Assembly: GCA_017455905.1 (NCBI GenBank)
Contig: JAFTLQ010000015.1
Coordinates: 964-64,963 of the forward strand
Source: Clostridia bacterium
GTDB lineage: Bacteria; Bacillota; Clostridia; Oscillospirales; CAG-272
DNA length: 64,000 nucleotides
Direction of reading: 5' to 3'
Each line of letters starts with the position of its first letter. Position 1 is the stretch's first letter. The position numbers and the translations under genes are program-made. The notes under the pieces are model-generated. The model searched no databases. It had not been told where the DNA came from and saw only the letters and a list, made by a program, of their open reading frames with translations. Positions 48,722 to 56,149 of the stretch are shown piece after piece.

Positions 48722-48899
48722 GCCGTTTGTTTGCTACTCGTCGGTCGAGCACGACGAGCTTAACGCAAATAGTTGCTACGATTTGGTCGCGCGCAAATTG
48801 TGACGCAAGGAGTCGCATCCGTAATAGCGGTATGCAAGGCCCCTTGAAAATAAAAATCAGCACTCAGAATTTGATATGCAGTAAACAAAGAAAACGGGT

Positions 48900-49430
48900 T
48901 CAGCCGTTGATGCCGTAAGCGCCCGTCAGAGGATCCTTGAAAATGCCGATTTCAGGCGTTGCGAAGGTGAACACAACGAACAGAACGGCAATTATGCAGA
49001 GAACGGCAAAAGCAATCTTGGGTGATTTGCACGCTGTCGTTCCATTGTTAAACTGCCGCGTTTCGTAGATATATGCAATCACAGCAGAAACAAAGAAATT
49101 CGCGATGTTGATCCAATCAGGCGACCGACCGATCACGCCGTTGTAGGTATAAAAGAGAACAGGAATAAGGACAAGGCCGAGAAGTGCGCCTTTTAACTTA
49201 ACGCACCAAAATTCTTCACGATCCTTGAAGAAAAAGCTCTGCACAATAGCAAAGATGAACATCGGCCAAAAGAGCAGCTTCATGTGCTCCCACGTGGATT
49301 CGTTCACGCCCGAAAAGGGCGCGACCCATGCAGATCCGCCTGTCCAATCGTATAAAAAATGTAGTAGCGTACCGGCGAGCGACGTTACCGCAAAGCCCAT
49401 CAGCTGCCACAAACCTATTGATCGTTTCAT
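48900..49430 (-). CDS. DUF6512-like membrane protein
   Basis: LLHFLYDWTGGSAWVAPFSGVNESTWEHMKLLFWPMF pattern as I recall it for the DUF6512 family, with 5 TM helices. Confidence 0.7.
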   Translation of the reverse strand: MKRSIGLWQLMGFAVTSLAGTLLHFLYDWTGGSAWVAPFSGVNESTWEHMKLLFWPMFIFAIVQSFFFKDREEFWCVKLKGALLGLVLIPVLFYTYNGVIGRSPDWINIANFFVSAVIAYIYETRQFNNGTTACKSPKIAFAVLCIIAVLFVVFTFATPEIGIFKDPLTGAYGING

Positions 49431-49483
49431 AGTCCCACCTCGGAATATTTATTTTTAAAAAGTATATTCAAAGATAGGACTTT

Positions 49484-49663
49484 CTATTCTTCGTTTGTTT
49501 CTGCCCGTTCCTCGCACAAGCTTCGCTGTGTTGCAATCGTCGCTAGTGTATCACCGAGCTGTACAAAAACGGTGGCAAGCAATGTAATTTCGTCGACGGA
49601 TAGTTTGCATGAAATCGCATTAGCGAGTGCGGTCACAGCAGAGGTCAGTTCAAGTGAGTTCAT
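49484..49663 (-). CDS. small DUF6774-like protein (59 aa)
   Basis: Not in the track (<60 aa). It encodes MNSLELTSAVTALANAISCKLSVDEITLLATVFVQLGDTLATIATQRSLCEERAETNEE, with an AAGAGGTGA SD upstream, in the same orientation as and upstream of the DUF6512-like gene. Confidence 0.6.
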   Translation of the reverse strand: MNSLELTSAVTALANAISCKLSVDEITLLATVFVQLGDTLATIATQRSLCEERAETNEE

Positions 49664-49746
49664 TGCATATCACCTCTTTATATGATATGCGAAAAACGAA
49701 GAAAAGCAAACGCATTCGAACCCACCGCCATGTTCATATATTACGG

Positions 49747-49775
49747 TTGAAAAAGGACGAAAATTATGGTATAAT
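49747..49775 (+). promoter_or_regulatory. consensus promoter at the start of the long untranslated region upstream of the recombinase operon
   Basis: TTGAAA (49747-49752), 17-nt spacer, TATAAT (49770-49775). Confidence 0.6.
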
Positions 49776-50069
49776 ATAACCCCTAAAAACAAAAAGAGCA
49801 GGCGAACCTGCTCAAAACAACTCAATATTTACCCCAAAAGTAAGCATAAGCAAAAAATATCAAGTGTCCATAACTTGAATCTGTTATGAACACTCGATAT
49901 GCCAAACTAGATATTTCTTGATACGCCATAATTTATGCACCAAAAGGGTAGTATAATTTCACGGTGCAACCACCCCCAAAAAGGTAGTTTTCGAGGTGTT
50001 ATTTTTGCATTTCGCTCATTCATAAAAAATTATCAATTCCATTCTCTACTAATACATTATAGCAGCCGA

Positions 50070-50101
50070 GTCAGGGTCAAAATAGGGCCTTGACTTTTTT
50101 T
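50070..50101 (+). terminator. intrinsic terminator/attenuator immediately upstream of the recombinase operon
   Basis: GTCAGGG / CCTTGAC stem (one G-U) followed by TTTTTTT. It ends 25 nt before the GGAGG SD of the first operon gene. Confidence 0.55.
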
Positions 50102-50138
50102 CGTTTTAGAGTGATAGATATAAGCGGAGGTGAACGAA

Positions 50139-50333
50139 ATGAAACGAAAAGATGCAGAGGCTGAAACAAGATACCGCCTGGGCAACTTCATTATGCTCAA
50201 TCTTTACAAGCAGGGCGTAATTACAAGAGAACAGTATCTTGAGATACGGGATAGGCTGATAGACGAATACAAGCCTGTCATTGGAGAATTAGAAAGGGGG
50301 CTACCGTGGATACTAGACGAGTTAGAAAAGTAA
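50139..50333 (+). CDS. small recombinase-associated protein (hypothetical)
   Basis: GGAGG SD with 8-nt spacing to ATG 50139. It overlaps the recombinase start by 28 nt. Confidence 0.6.
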   Translation: MKRKDAEAETRYRLGNFIMLNLYKQGVITREQYLEIRDRLIDEYKPVIGELERGLPWILDELEK

Positions 50334-51742
50334 CTGTTATCCCAGCAATAAAGCCGTTAGAGGCTTTGAGAAAAAAGAAAAGGGTAGCAGCTTATGCTCG
50401 TGTTTCAACGGGTTCTAGAGAGCAGGAAACGAGCTTAGTGGCACAGAGAGAATACTACGAGAAGCTGATTCGGAATAACGAGGAGTGGCTTTACGTAGAT
50501 GTTTATTACGATGATGGAATATCAGGTCTATCATTTAGGAATCGAGAGGGATTTAATCAAATGATTGCGGATGCTCTCGACGGCAGGATAGATTTGATCT
50601 TGACGAAATCACTGTCACGATTTGCTCGAAACACGGTGGATACATTGACAACTATACGCAAGCTCAAAGATGCGGGAGTAGAGGTGTTCTTCGAAAAGGA
50701 AAACATCTATACTATGGATGCCAAGGGAGAGTTCCTTATTACGCTTATGAGTAGCCTTGCCCAAGAGGAGAGCAGATCCATTTCTGAAAATATCACTTGG
50801 GGCAAAAGAAAACATTTTGCTGATGGCAAATATGAGGTGGCGTTTGCTATGTTTTGGGGCTATGAGAAAGGTGACGATGTTGTTCAAATGATTATCAACG
50901 AAGAGCAGGCCCCTATAGTTAAACTCATATATACCTTGTTTCTCGGTGGGCACTCGTCATACGGAATAGCTGCTATTTTGGATAATTTACAGATACCAAT
51001 TATGTGCGGGGACAAAGGTTGGTGTGCTTCTACAATAGAAAGCATTTTATCTAATGAGAAGTACAAGGGTGATGCGCTATTGCAGAAAAGCTATACGGTT
51101 GATTATCTAACAAAAAAGATGAAAAAGAATGAAGGGGAGGTGCCCCAGTATTATTTGGAAAAAGTTCATCCCGCTATTGTCTCCGATGATGTCTTCGCTT
51201 TGACACAGGAAATGCTTCAAGAGCGAAGAATGAGAGGAGATAAATATTATAGCGGGACCGACCCGTTTTCATCGAAAGTGATTTGTCCCAATTGCGGGGA
51301 TACATATGGAAAAAAGCCTTCTCACAAATACGTGGATAATTTGCTTTATTACTCACAGTTCTGGGTGTGCAAATCGTATTATAAGAAGAAATGCGGGTCC
51401 CCAAAGATAAGAGACGAAATAGTATGCGGCTATTTCCGCCTGGCGTTAGTACAATTATTTACTGATTATAATGATGTAATAGAGTATTGTAAAAAAACAG
51501 TGCTAGACTATTATGGCGAAGTGCCCCAGCATTATGTAGAAGATTTATTATATGACTTATCCCGGAACAATTACCGAGATTGGTGGATAGAAAGGCTCAT
51601 TCGAGTTCTCCTTGTGCGAGTAGAAGTGTCTATGCACCACAGACTGACATATTGCTTCATTGACGGGAGCAGACGGAATTTTGAATATCAACCTCGAAAC
51701 GACAGAATGTTGAAAACACCAGATGAACGTAAGAAACAATAG
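50306..51742 (+). CDS. large serine recombinase
   Basis: RVAAYARVSTGSREQETSLVAQREYY (catalytic Ser motif), DLILTKSLSRFARN, a recombinase domain, and a zinc ribbon (CPNCGDTYGKK...WVCKSYYKKKCGSP). GTG start after an AGGGGG SD. Confidence 0.9.
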   Translation: MDTRRVRKVTVIPAIKPLEALRKKKRVAAYARVSTGSREQETSLVAQREYYEKLIRNNEEWLYVDVYYDDGISGLSFRNREGFNQMIADALDGRIDLILTKSLSRFARNTVDTLTTIRKLKDAGVEVFFEKENIYTMDAKGEFLITLMSSLAQEESRSISENITWGKRKHFADGKYEVAFAMFWGYEKGDDVVQMIINEEQAPIVKLIYTLFLGGHSSYGIAAILDNLQIPIMCGDKGWCASTIESILSNEKYKGDALLQKSYTVDYLTKKMKKNEGEVPQYYLEKVHPAIVSDDVFALTQEMLQERRMRGDKYYSGTDPFSSKVICPNCGDTYGKKPSHKYVDNLLYYSQFWVCKSYYKKKCGSPKIRDEIVCGYFRLALVQLFTDYNDVIEYCKKTVLDYYGEVPQHYVEDLLYDLSRNNYRDWWIERLIRVLLVRVEVSMHHRLTYCFIDGSRRNFEYQPRNDRMLKTPDERKKQ

Positions 51743-51757
51743 AACGGAGGAATGCTT

Positions 51758-52063
51758 ATGAAATTAACAGAAAAAGATAAAAAGAGAATTGAAAATATGA
51801 GAAAAGGGGGATTTGGTTATAGGAGAATCGCTAGATTTTTAGGATTAAGCACAGACGCGGTAAAATACTATATTGAAAAAAACAATGGAAATATAAAAAT
51901 CGAAGTCACAGGAATCACATTGAAGGATATATGCCCAAATTGTTGTGCTCCAGTGGTTCAAACGCCGCACAAACGAAGAAAAATTTATTGTAGCGATAAG
52001 TGCAGATTGCAAGCATGGCATCGGTATCATTATGAATCAAAAAAGGAGAAGCCTGAAGAATGA
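51758..52063 (+). CDS. small HTH + C-terminal Cys4 zinc-ribbon DNA-binding protein (paralog A)
   Basis: LTEKDKKRIENMRKGGFGYRRIARFLGLSTDAVKYYIEKN (sigma-70 region-4/LuxR-like HTH) and CPNCCAPVVQTPHKRRKIYCSDKCRLQAWH. GGAGG SD 7 nt before ATG 51758. Confidence 0.7.
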   Translation: MKLTEKDKKRIENMRKGGFGYRRIARFLGLSTDAVKYYIEKNNGNIKIEVTGITLKDICPNCCAPVVQTPHKRRKIYCSDKCRLQAWHRYHYESKKEKPEE

Positions 52064-52371
52064 TGACACGAAAGGAAAAACAAAGAATTCAGATGTTGCG
52101 AAAGTTTGGCTTTAGTTATCCGCAAGTGGCTCGGCTGATGGATATAAATGTTAGCACAATTAAATCTTATTGCAGAAGATACGGTTTTGCCGATACGGAT
52201 CTTGAAAGTTCAGGTTTTTGCAAAATGTGTAGGACACCAATAACGCAAACTCCTCATACAAAAAAGAAAGAGTTTTGTGGCAATAACTGTAGAGTAAAAT
52301 GGTTTTATCACAAAAAGAAATTAGTAACTGAACTGGAAGCTGAATTAAATGAGAATTTCGATGATGAATAA
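52060..52371 (+). CDS. small HTH + C-terminal Cys4 zinc-ribbon DNA-binding protein (paralog B)
   Basis: Same architecture as paralog A (KEKQRIQMLRKFGFSYPQVARLMDINVSTIKSYCRR ... CKMCRTPITQTPHTKKKEFCGNNCRVKWFYH). ATGA overlap with paralog A. Confidence 0.7.
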   Translation: MMTRKEKQRIQMLRKFGFSYPQVARLMDINVSTIKSYCRRYGFADTDLESSGFCKMCRTPITQTPHTKKKEFCGNNCRVKWFYHKKKLVTELEAELNENFDDE

Positions 52372-52394
52372 ATACTGTGAGAGGGAGACGGGCA

Positions 52395-52805
52395 TCATTC
52401 TTCGAGGTTGTCGGGGTTCTTCAGATAAATCGGTATCCTCGCATTCTTAAAGCCGAAGTGCAGCCAAACCTCACCTTCGGAGGATGCATCAATATCAAAG
52501 GTATCTGCTAAGGAGATGGCTTCGGCTATCTCCTTGCATCCGTAGAAGCTATATACCCAATCCTTGACCATTAAAGACATCCCCGTTCCCAGCAACTCGT
52601 CAAACACGATTTTATGTTCTGCATCGGGGGACTCTTTATGTATGACCTCAAGAATGCGGTCTATAGCTTTGGTAGCGCGGGGATAGTTTACGGGATGAAC
52701 CATCCACATATTGGTCTTGGGGAGCTTGTCCGCCCACTCACGAATCAAGCCGAGAATGGCTTCTTCCTCTGGGGAAGTGTACTCAAAATCTTCGTTCATA
52801 ATCAA
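52395..52805 (-). CDS. hypothetical protein
   Basis: 136-aa ORF, 4-nt ATGA overlap with the upstream minus-strand gene. No motif recognised. Confidence 0.6.
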   Translation of the reverse strand: MIMNEDFEYTSPEEEAILGLIREWADKLPKTNMWMVHPVNYPRATKAIDRILEVIHKESPDAEHKIVFDELLGTGMSLMVKDWVYSFYGCKEIAEAISLADTFDIDASSEGEVWLHFGFKNARIPIYLKNPDNLEE

Positions 52806-53152
52806 ACCTCCTCGTTTTTCTTAAGAGCTTTGAATAGCTCTTTTCTTTTTTGTCTGCAAGCGGGGCAACGTTTCGGCTCCGAAAGTTTGCGTTCCTCATA
52901 GTATTTTTGCTCTCCGCCTGTAAAGAGGAACGTTTCGCCACAGTCGCAGCACACGATCTTTTTCTTCTTTCTCTTGTGCTTCTTTGGGGCTTCGGGTTTT
53001 ACCTCAACAACCTTGGTGGTTACGAGATAGATCTTGCTTCCTACTTCCTGTGTGACTCGGTAAATAGGTGTGTGTTCGTTCTCCTGCTGGCGGAGCGCAA
53101 AACGCTCCTCGATGATTTCCATGTTGTCCTCAAAATACTTTGCAAAACTCAT
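52802..53152 (-). CDS. zinc-ribbon (zf-trcl-like) domain protein
   Basis: CCDCGETFLFTGGEQKYYEERKLSEPKRCPACRQKRK matches the CxxCG..F.F...EQ.FY....PKRC..CR pattern of the probable zinc-ribbon family. A lysine-rich linker precedes it. Confidence 0.7.
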   Translation of the reverse strand: MSFAKYFEDNMEIIEERFALRQQENEHTPIYRVTQEVGSKIYLVTTKVVEVKPEAPKKHKRKKKKIVCCDCGETFLFTGGEQKYYEERKLSEPKRCPACRQKRKELFKALKKNEEV

Positions 53153-53229
53153 TTTTTCTGTCTCCTTTTTTTGTTTTTATAGCGTTGTAGAGTGGGGGGC
53201 GTGTAGATAGCTGTGACGGTTGGTGTGCG

Positions 53230-53640
53230 GGGGTACATATAAATAGCAGAGGTGTGTACCCCCTTATATATAGTAACGGCGTACAACCTCCTAAATATAT
53301 AGGGACGGTGTGTAACTGCTTATATAGACCTAGGGGACAACCGTCTGCTAATATATGTACTCGCTGTTCGGTGTTGCGAAATAATGTACTCACTGTTGCG
53401 TCCTCCTTTTTTATATGTAACCACTGTTGCATTTTCGCTTATATATGTACTCACTGTCAACCTCCTTATATAGGGAACAGCGGTCAACCCCTTTATATAG
53501 CGTTGGGTGTTAGACTCTTTTGTTATAGTACCGTAGCCGACAACCCCCAGTTATATAGCCGTTGCCCCGCGCCGTTATAATAGCAAAAGACGCAACCCCC
53601 TCTGCTGTAGTAGCAAAAGGTGTGACCCCTATATATAGGG
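53230..53640. repeat. array of ~15 degenerate direct repeats, period ~25-31 bp (mean ~28), each with a C-rich block followed by a TTATATAG-like core
   Basis: TATATA-type cores lie near 53240, 53267, 53296, 53322, 53352, 53383, 53413, 53443, 53468, 53495, 53525, 53553, 53578, 53607 and 53632. Example units: gtcaacctccTTATATAGggaac, gtcaaccccTTTATATAGcgttg, gacaacccccagTTATATAGccg, gtgtacccccTTATATATAGtaac. A sub-family TATATGTACTCACTGTTGC lies at 53349-53460. Confidence 0.85.
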
Positions 53641-53650
53641 TAAAATCATT

Positions 53651-53692
53651 AACCCCCTTTTGCGGCACTAACATAAGAGTGAAAAGGGGGTT
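53651..53692. repeat. perfect 11-bp inverted repeat capping the repeat array
   Basis: AACCCCCTTTT (53651-53661) and AAAAGGGGGTT (53682-53692), separated by 20 nt. Confidence 0.85.
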
Positions 53693-53852
53693 ACAGACTA
53701 TTCAGTTGATATGCGCCTCTAAAAGTCGGTAAAAACCGACAACTTTTTGCAAGGTGATGCGAAAATACGACAACTCGGCATTTACAAATAGCGGGATGTG
53801 TGATATAATAAAAGCACAGAATGCAGAAATATTTAGTTTGGAGGCAAATTAC

Positions 53853-54383
53853 ATGGTAAAAGCGCCTATCACAAAAGAATATAAAACGCTAGAGGAAATC
53901 AAAAGAATGATCGAGCTTGAAGATGATTTCCATGATGCCGAATTGATGGATATCGCCATCAAGAACGGTGATGCTTGGTTTGGGATTTGGCAATATGGTC
54001 ATCGTTTCACGTTTGCTTGCCGAGAAATTATGAACCTTGAAATGAATATGGACCTAAAACTGGTAAGTCTGTATGAAGTAGATATAAAGCAATGTGAAGA
54101 TGGTGTAGAACTAACCTTTGACGAGGTGGGAGTTGTTATTAAAGCGAAAGAAGTCATATTAGAGGAGCTAATTCTTCCCAAGGATTATGAGCTATCGGAT
54201 GAGGAGAAAACGGCAATTAAGACGAAAATAGAAGCTCCCGATGTATATGTCAAATGCCCTCGATGTGGCGGGGAATTGCACTACAACAAGAAGTTCGATT
54301 TAATCGATGTTCGTTGCTATTCGGATGGCTGTATAAAATCGTCGTATTTGTTATGCGATGAAGAAGTGGAGGACGTAAAATGA
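53853..54383 (+). CDS. hypothetical protein with C-terminal zinc ribbon
   Basis: GGAGG SD and ATG 53853 (the track start at 53754 lacks an SD). CPRCGGELHYNKKFDLIDVRCYSDGC near the C-terminus. Confidence 0.65.
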   Translation: MVKAPITKEYKTLEEIKRMIELEDDFHDAELMDIAIKNGDAWFGIWQYGHRFTFACREIMNLEMNMDLKLVSLYEVDIKQCEDGVELTFDEVGVVIKAKEVILEELILPKDYELSDEEKTAIKTKIEAPDVYVKCPRCGGELHYNKKFDLIDVRCYSDGCIKSSYLLCDEEVEDVK

Positions 54384-54697
54384 AGAAAAAGGGATATAGC
54401 CGTGAAGGTTTGTTTGGAAATATCAATCATTATGATGAAAGAGGCAGGAAAGTGGGACAGAGTCGCCCTGGTTTCTTCGGAGGTTACAACCACTACGATG
54501 AAAATGGAAAAAAGGTAGGGCGTAGCTCTCCTGGCTTGTTTGGTGGCTACAATCACTATGATGAACATGGTAATAGGAGTGGTAGAACCAGTCCCGGATT
54601 ATTTGGAAATCTAAATCATTATGATGAACACGGCAGAAGAACGGGAACCAGTACCCACGGCTTGTTTGGCGGCTTTAACCATAAGGGTAAGAAATAA
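54380..54697 (+). CDS. Gly/His-rich tandem-repeat protein (five ~20-aa GLFGG.NHYDE.G...G.S repeats)
   Basis: GLFGNINHYDERGRKVGQSRP / GFFGGYNHYDENGKKVGRSSP / GLFGGYNHYDEHGNRSGRTSP / GLFGNLNHYDEHGRRTGTSTH / GLFGGFNHKGKK. ATGA overlap with the upstream gene. Confidence 0.65.
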   Translation: MKKKGYSREGLFGNINHYDERGRKVGQSRPGFFGGYNHYDENGKKVGRSSPGLFGGYNHYDEHGNRSGRTSPGLFGNLNHYDEHGRRTGTSTHGLFGGFNHKGKK

Positions 54698-54711
54698 AGT
54701 GAGGGAAAGAA

Positions 54712-55707
54712 ATGAAATCGAATGAAAAATACAACCGAATTCGCCCTTTGAAGATTTGGGAGATCTTGCAGAGAGAAACAGATGAAGACCATCCTATGGG
54801 AACCGAGGAACTCCGTGCGAAACTGTTGGAGTGTGGAATTGAAGCACATAGGACCACCATTTATGAGGACATTAAGCTCCTCAATGAATGTGGTTATGAG
54901 ATTATGTCCCGTAGAGGTCGAAGCAACCAGTATTACGTGATGGACAGAAGTTTCTCTAATCCGGAGATTCATATTCTTTTAGATGCAGTTCAGGCTGCAA
55001 GCTTTATTACAGACAAAAAGACAGCCGAGCTTGTTGACAAAATCGCTCAGTTGGCAGGTAGCCAAAAGGGGCTTGTCTTGAAAAAGAACATCGTCCAGTT
55101 TAACACCGCAAAAAGCTCCAACGAAAGTATTTATTATAACGTTAATGAAATAGTATCTGCCATTAACAGCAGACGAAAGATCATCTTCCTTTACTTCGAT
55201 TACGATAACAATCACAATCGTGTGTACCGTAAGGATGGACATCACTATGTTGTAAGTCCTTATGCCACCGTTTTTGATGATGGACATTACTATCTTGTGA
55301 TTTACGACAAGCGTTACAACAAGATGACAAACTACCGCATCGACCGTATGGACAAAGTGGAGATCATCGAAGAGCTTGCAGACATGCCGCCCGAGGAGAT
55401 GCAGTTTGATATTGCCAATTACAAGAAATCTCTTTTCGGAATGTTTTCGGGAGAGACCACAGCGGTAACGATTGAAGCACACCGCACCTTAGTGGATGCT
55501 ATCTTCGATCTCTTTGGTGAGAGAACAAGAATTATCTCCAACGGAGAAGAGACCGTGCGTTTTACCGTCGATGTTCAGGTGAGTGCGTTGTTCTTTGGCT
55601 GGTGTTGCTCGTTTGGAGAGAAGGTCAAACTGCTCGGTCCCGCTAACATCATTGAGCAATTGAAAGAGTACAACGAAACAATTAAGAATCAATACGAGGA
55701 GAACTGA
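54712..55707 (+). CDS. WYL domain-containing transcriptional regulator (N-terminal HTH)
   Basis: HTH (IWEILQRETDEDHPMGTEELRAKLLECGIEAHRTTIYEDIKLL) plus a WYL-type core (IIFLYFDYD...YVVSPYATVFDDGHYYLVIYDKRYNKMTNYRIDRMDKVEII). Confidence 0.8.
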   Translation: MKSNEKYNRIRPLKIWEILQRETDEDHPMGTEELRAKLLECGIEAHRTTIYEDIKLLNECGYEIMSRRGRSNQYYVMDRSFSNPEIHILLDAVQAASFITDKKTAELVDKIAQLAGSQKGLVLKKNIVQFNTAKSSNESIYYNVNEIVSAINSRRKIIFLYFDYDNNHNRVYRKDGHHYVVSPYATVFDDGHYYLVIYDKRYNKMTNYRIDRMDKVEIIEELADMPPEEMQFDIANYKKSLFGMFSGETTAVTIEAHRTLVDAIFDLFGERTRIISNGEETVRFTVDVQVSALFFGWCCSFGEKVKLLGPANIIEQLKEYNETIKNQYEEN

Positions 55708-56126
55708 TGGATAAGAAGATAAGATTCCGCAGAGGCTTATATTGTTTCTTCCTTGGCATCGATATTTTCTTTGGCGTACTGACACTGATTTTTCTATTCG
55801 TGTTTCCTCCGATTGGATTGATTGGCGTGGCGGTTACAGTGCTATATGCGTTGGTTGCAATATCTATTAAGCAATCTCTTGGCGGAAAGAAGCCGATATT
55901 CGATTTGTTTCGAGAAGGCACGAAAACCTGTGGGAAATGTAAACATACATTTGCAAAGAAAGAGCATTTGACCTGTCCTCACTGTGCGCGGGTAAGAGAA
56001 TTTAAACGCAAATATGCGGAAATTATAAAAAGCAAAACACCGCCACCGAAGGATGAGGAGCACGATGATTTCTGGGAAGAACTTGGTACATTAATGTTGA
56101 TTGATTCGCTATTTGATGATCTATAA
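55707..56126 (+). CDS. membrane protein (2 TM helices) with cytoplasmic Cys4 zinc ribbon
   Basis: YCFFLGIDIFFGVLTLIFLFVF / IGLIGVAVTVLYALVAI helices, then CGKCKHTFAKKEHLTCPHC. TGATG overlap with the WYL gene. Confidence 0.65.
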   Translation: MDKKIRFRRGLYCFFLGIDIFFGVLTLIFLFVFPPIGLIGVAVTVLYALVAISIKQSLGGKKPIFDLFREGTKTCGKCKHTFAKKEHLTCPHCARVREFKRKYAEIIKSKTPPPKDEEHDDFWEELGTLMLIDSLFDDL

Positions 56127-56149
56127 AAATACGATGGAAGGAGGCACCT

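Noticed and set aside
48358-48763. ORFs 48358-48561 (minus, 67 aa) and 48446-48763 (plus, 105 aa) in the candidate ncRNA region
   Set aside because: Neither has an SD. The plus-strand ORF reads straight through two intrinsic terminators, and the translations are featureless.
53130-53580. ORFs 53130-53432 (minus) and 53254-53580 (plus) across the repeat array
   Set aside because: They are products of translating a degenerate DNA repeat (repetitive YI/PL-rich peptides) and have no SD. The DNA-level periodicity explains them.
53230-53640. CRISPR array, or a type III toxin-antitoxin (ToxI-like) RNA repeat, as the interpretation of the 28-bp array
   Set aside because: The units are contiguous and degenerate, with no conserved repeat / unique spacer alternation, and no cas genes are present. 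ToxI-type antitoxin repeats are near-identical and directly precede a ToxN-like gene, which is not seen here.
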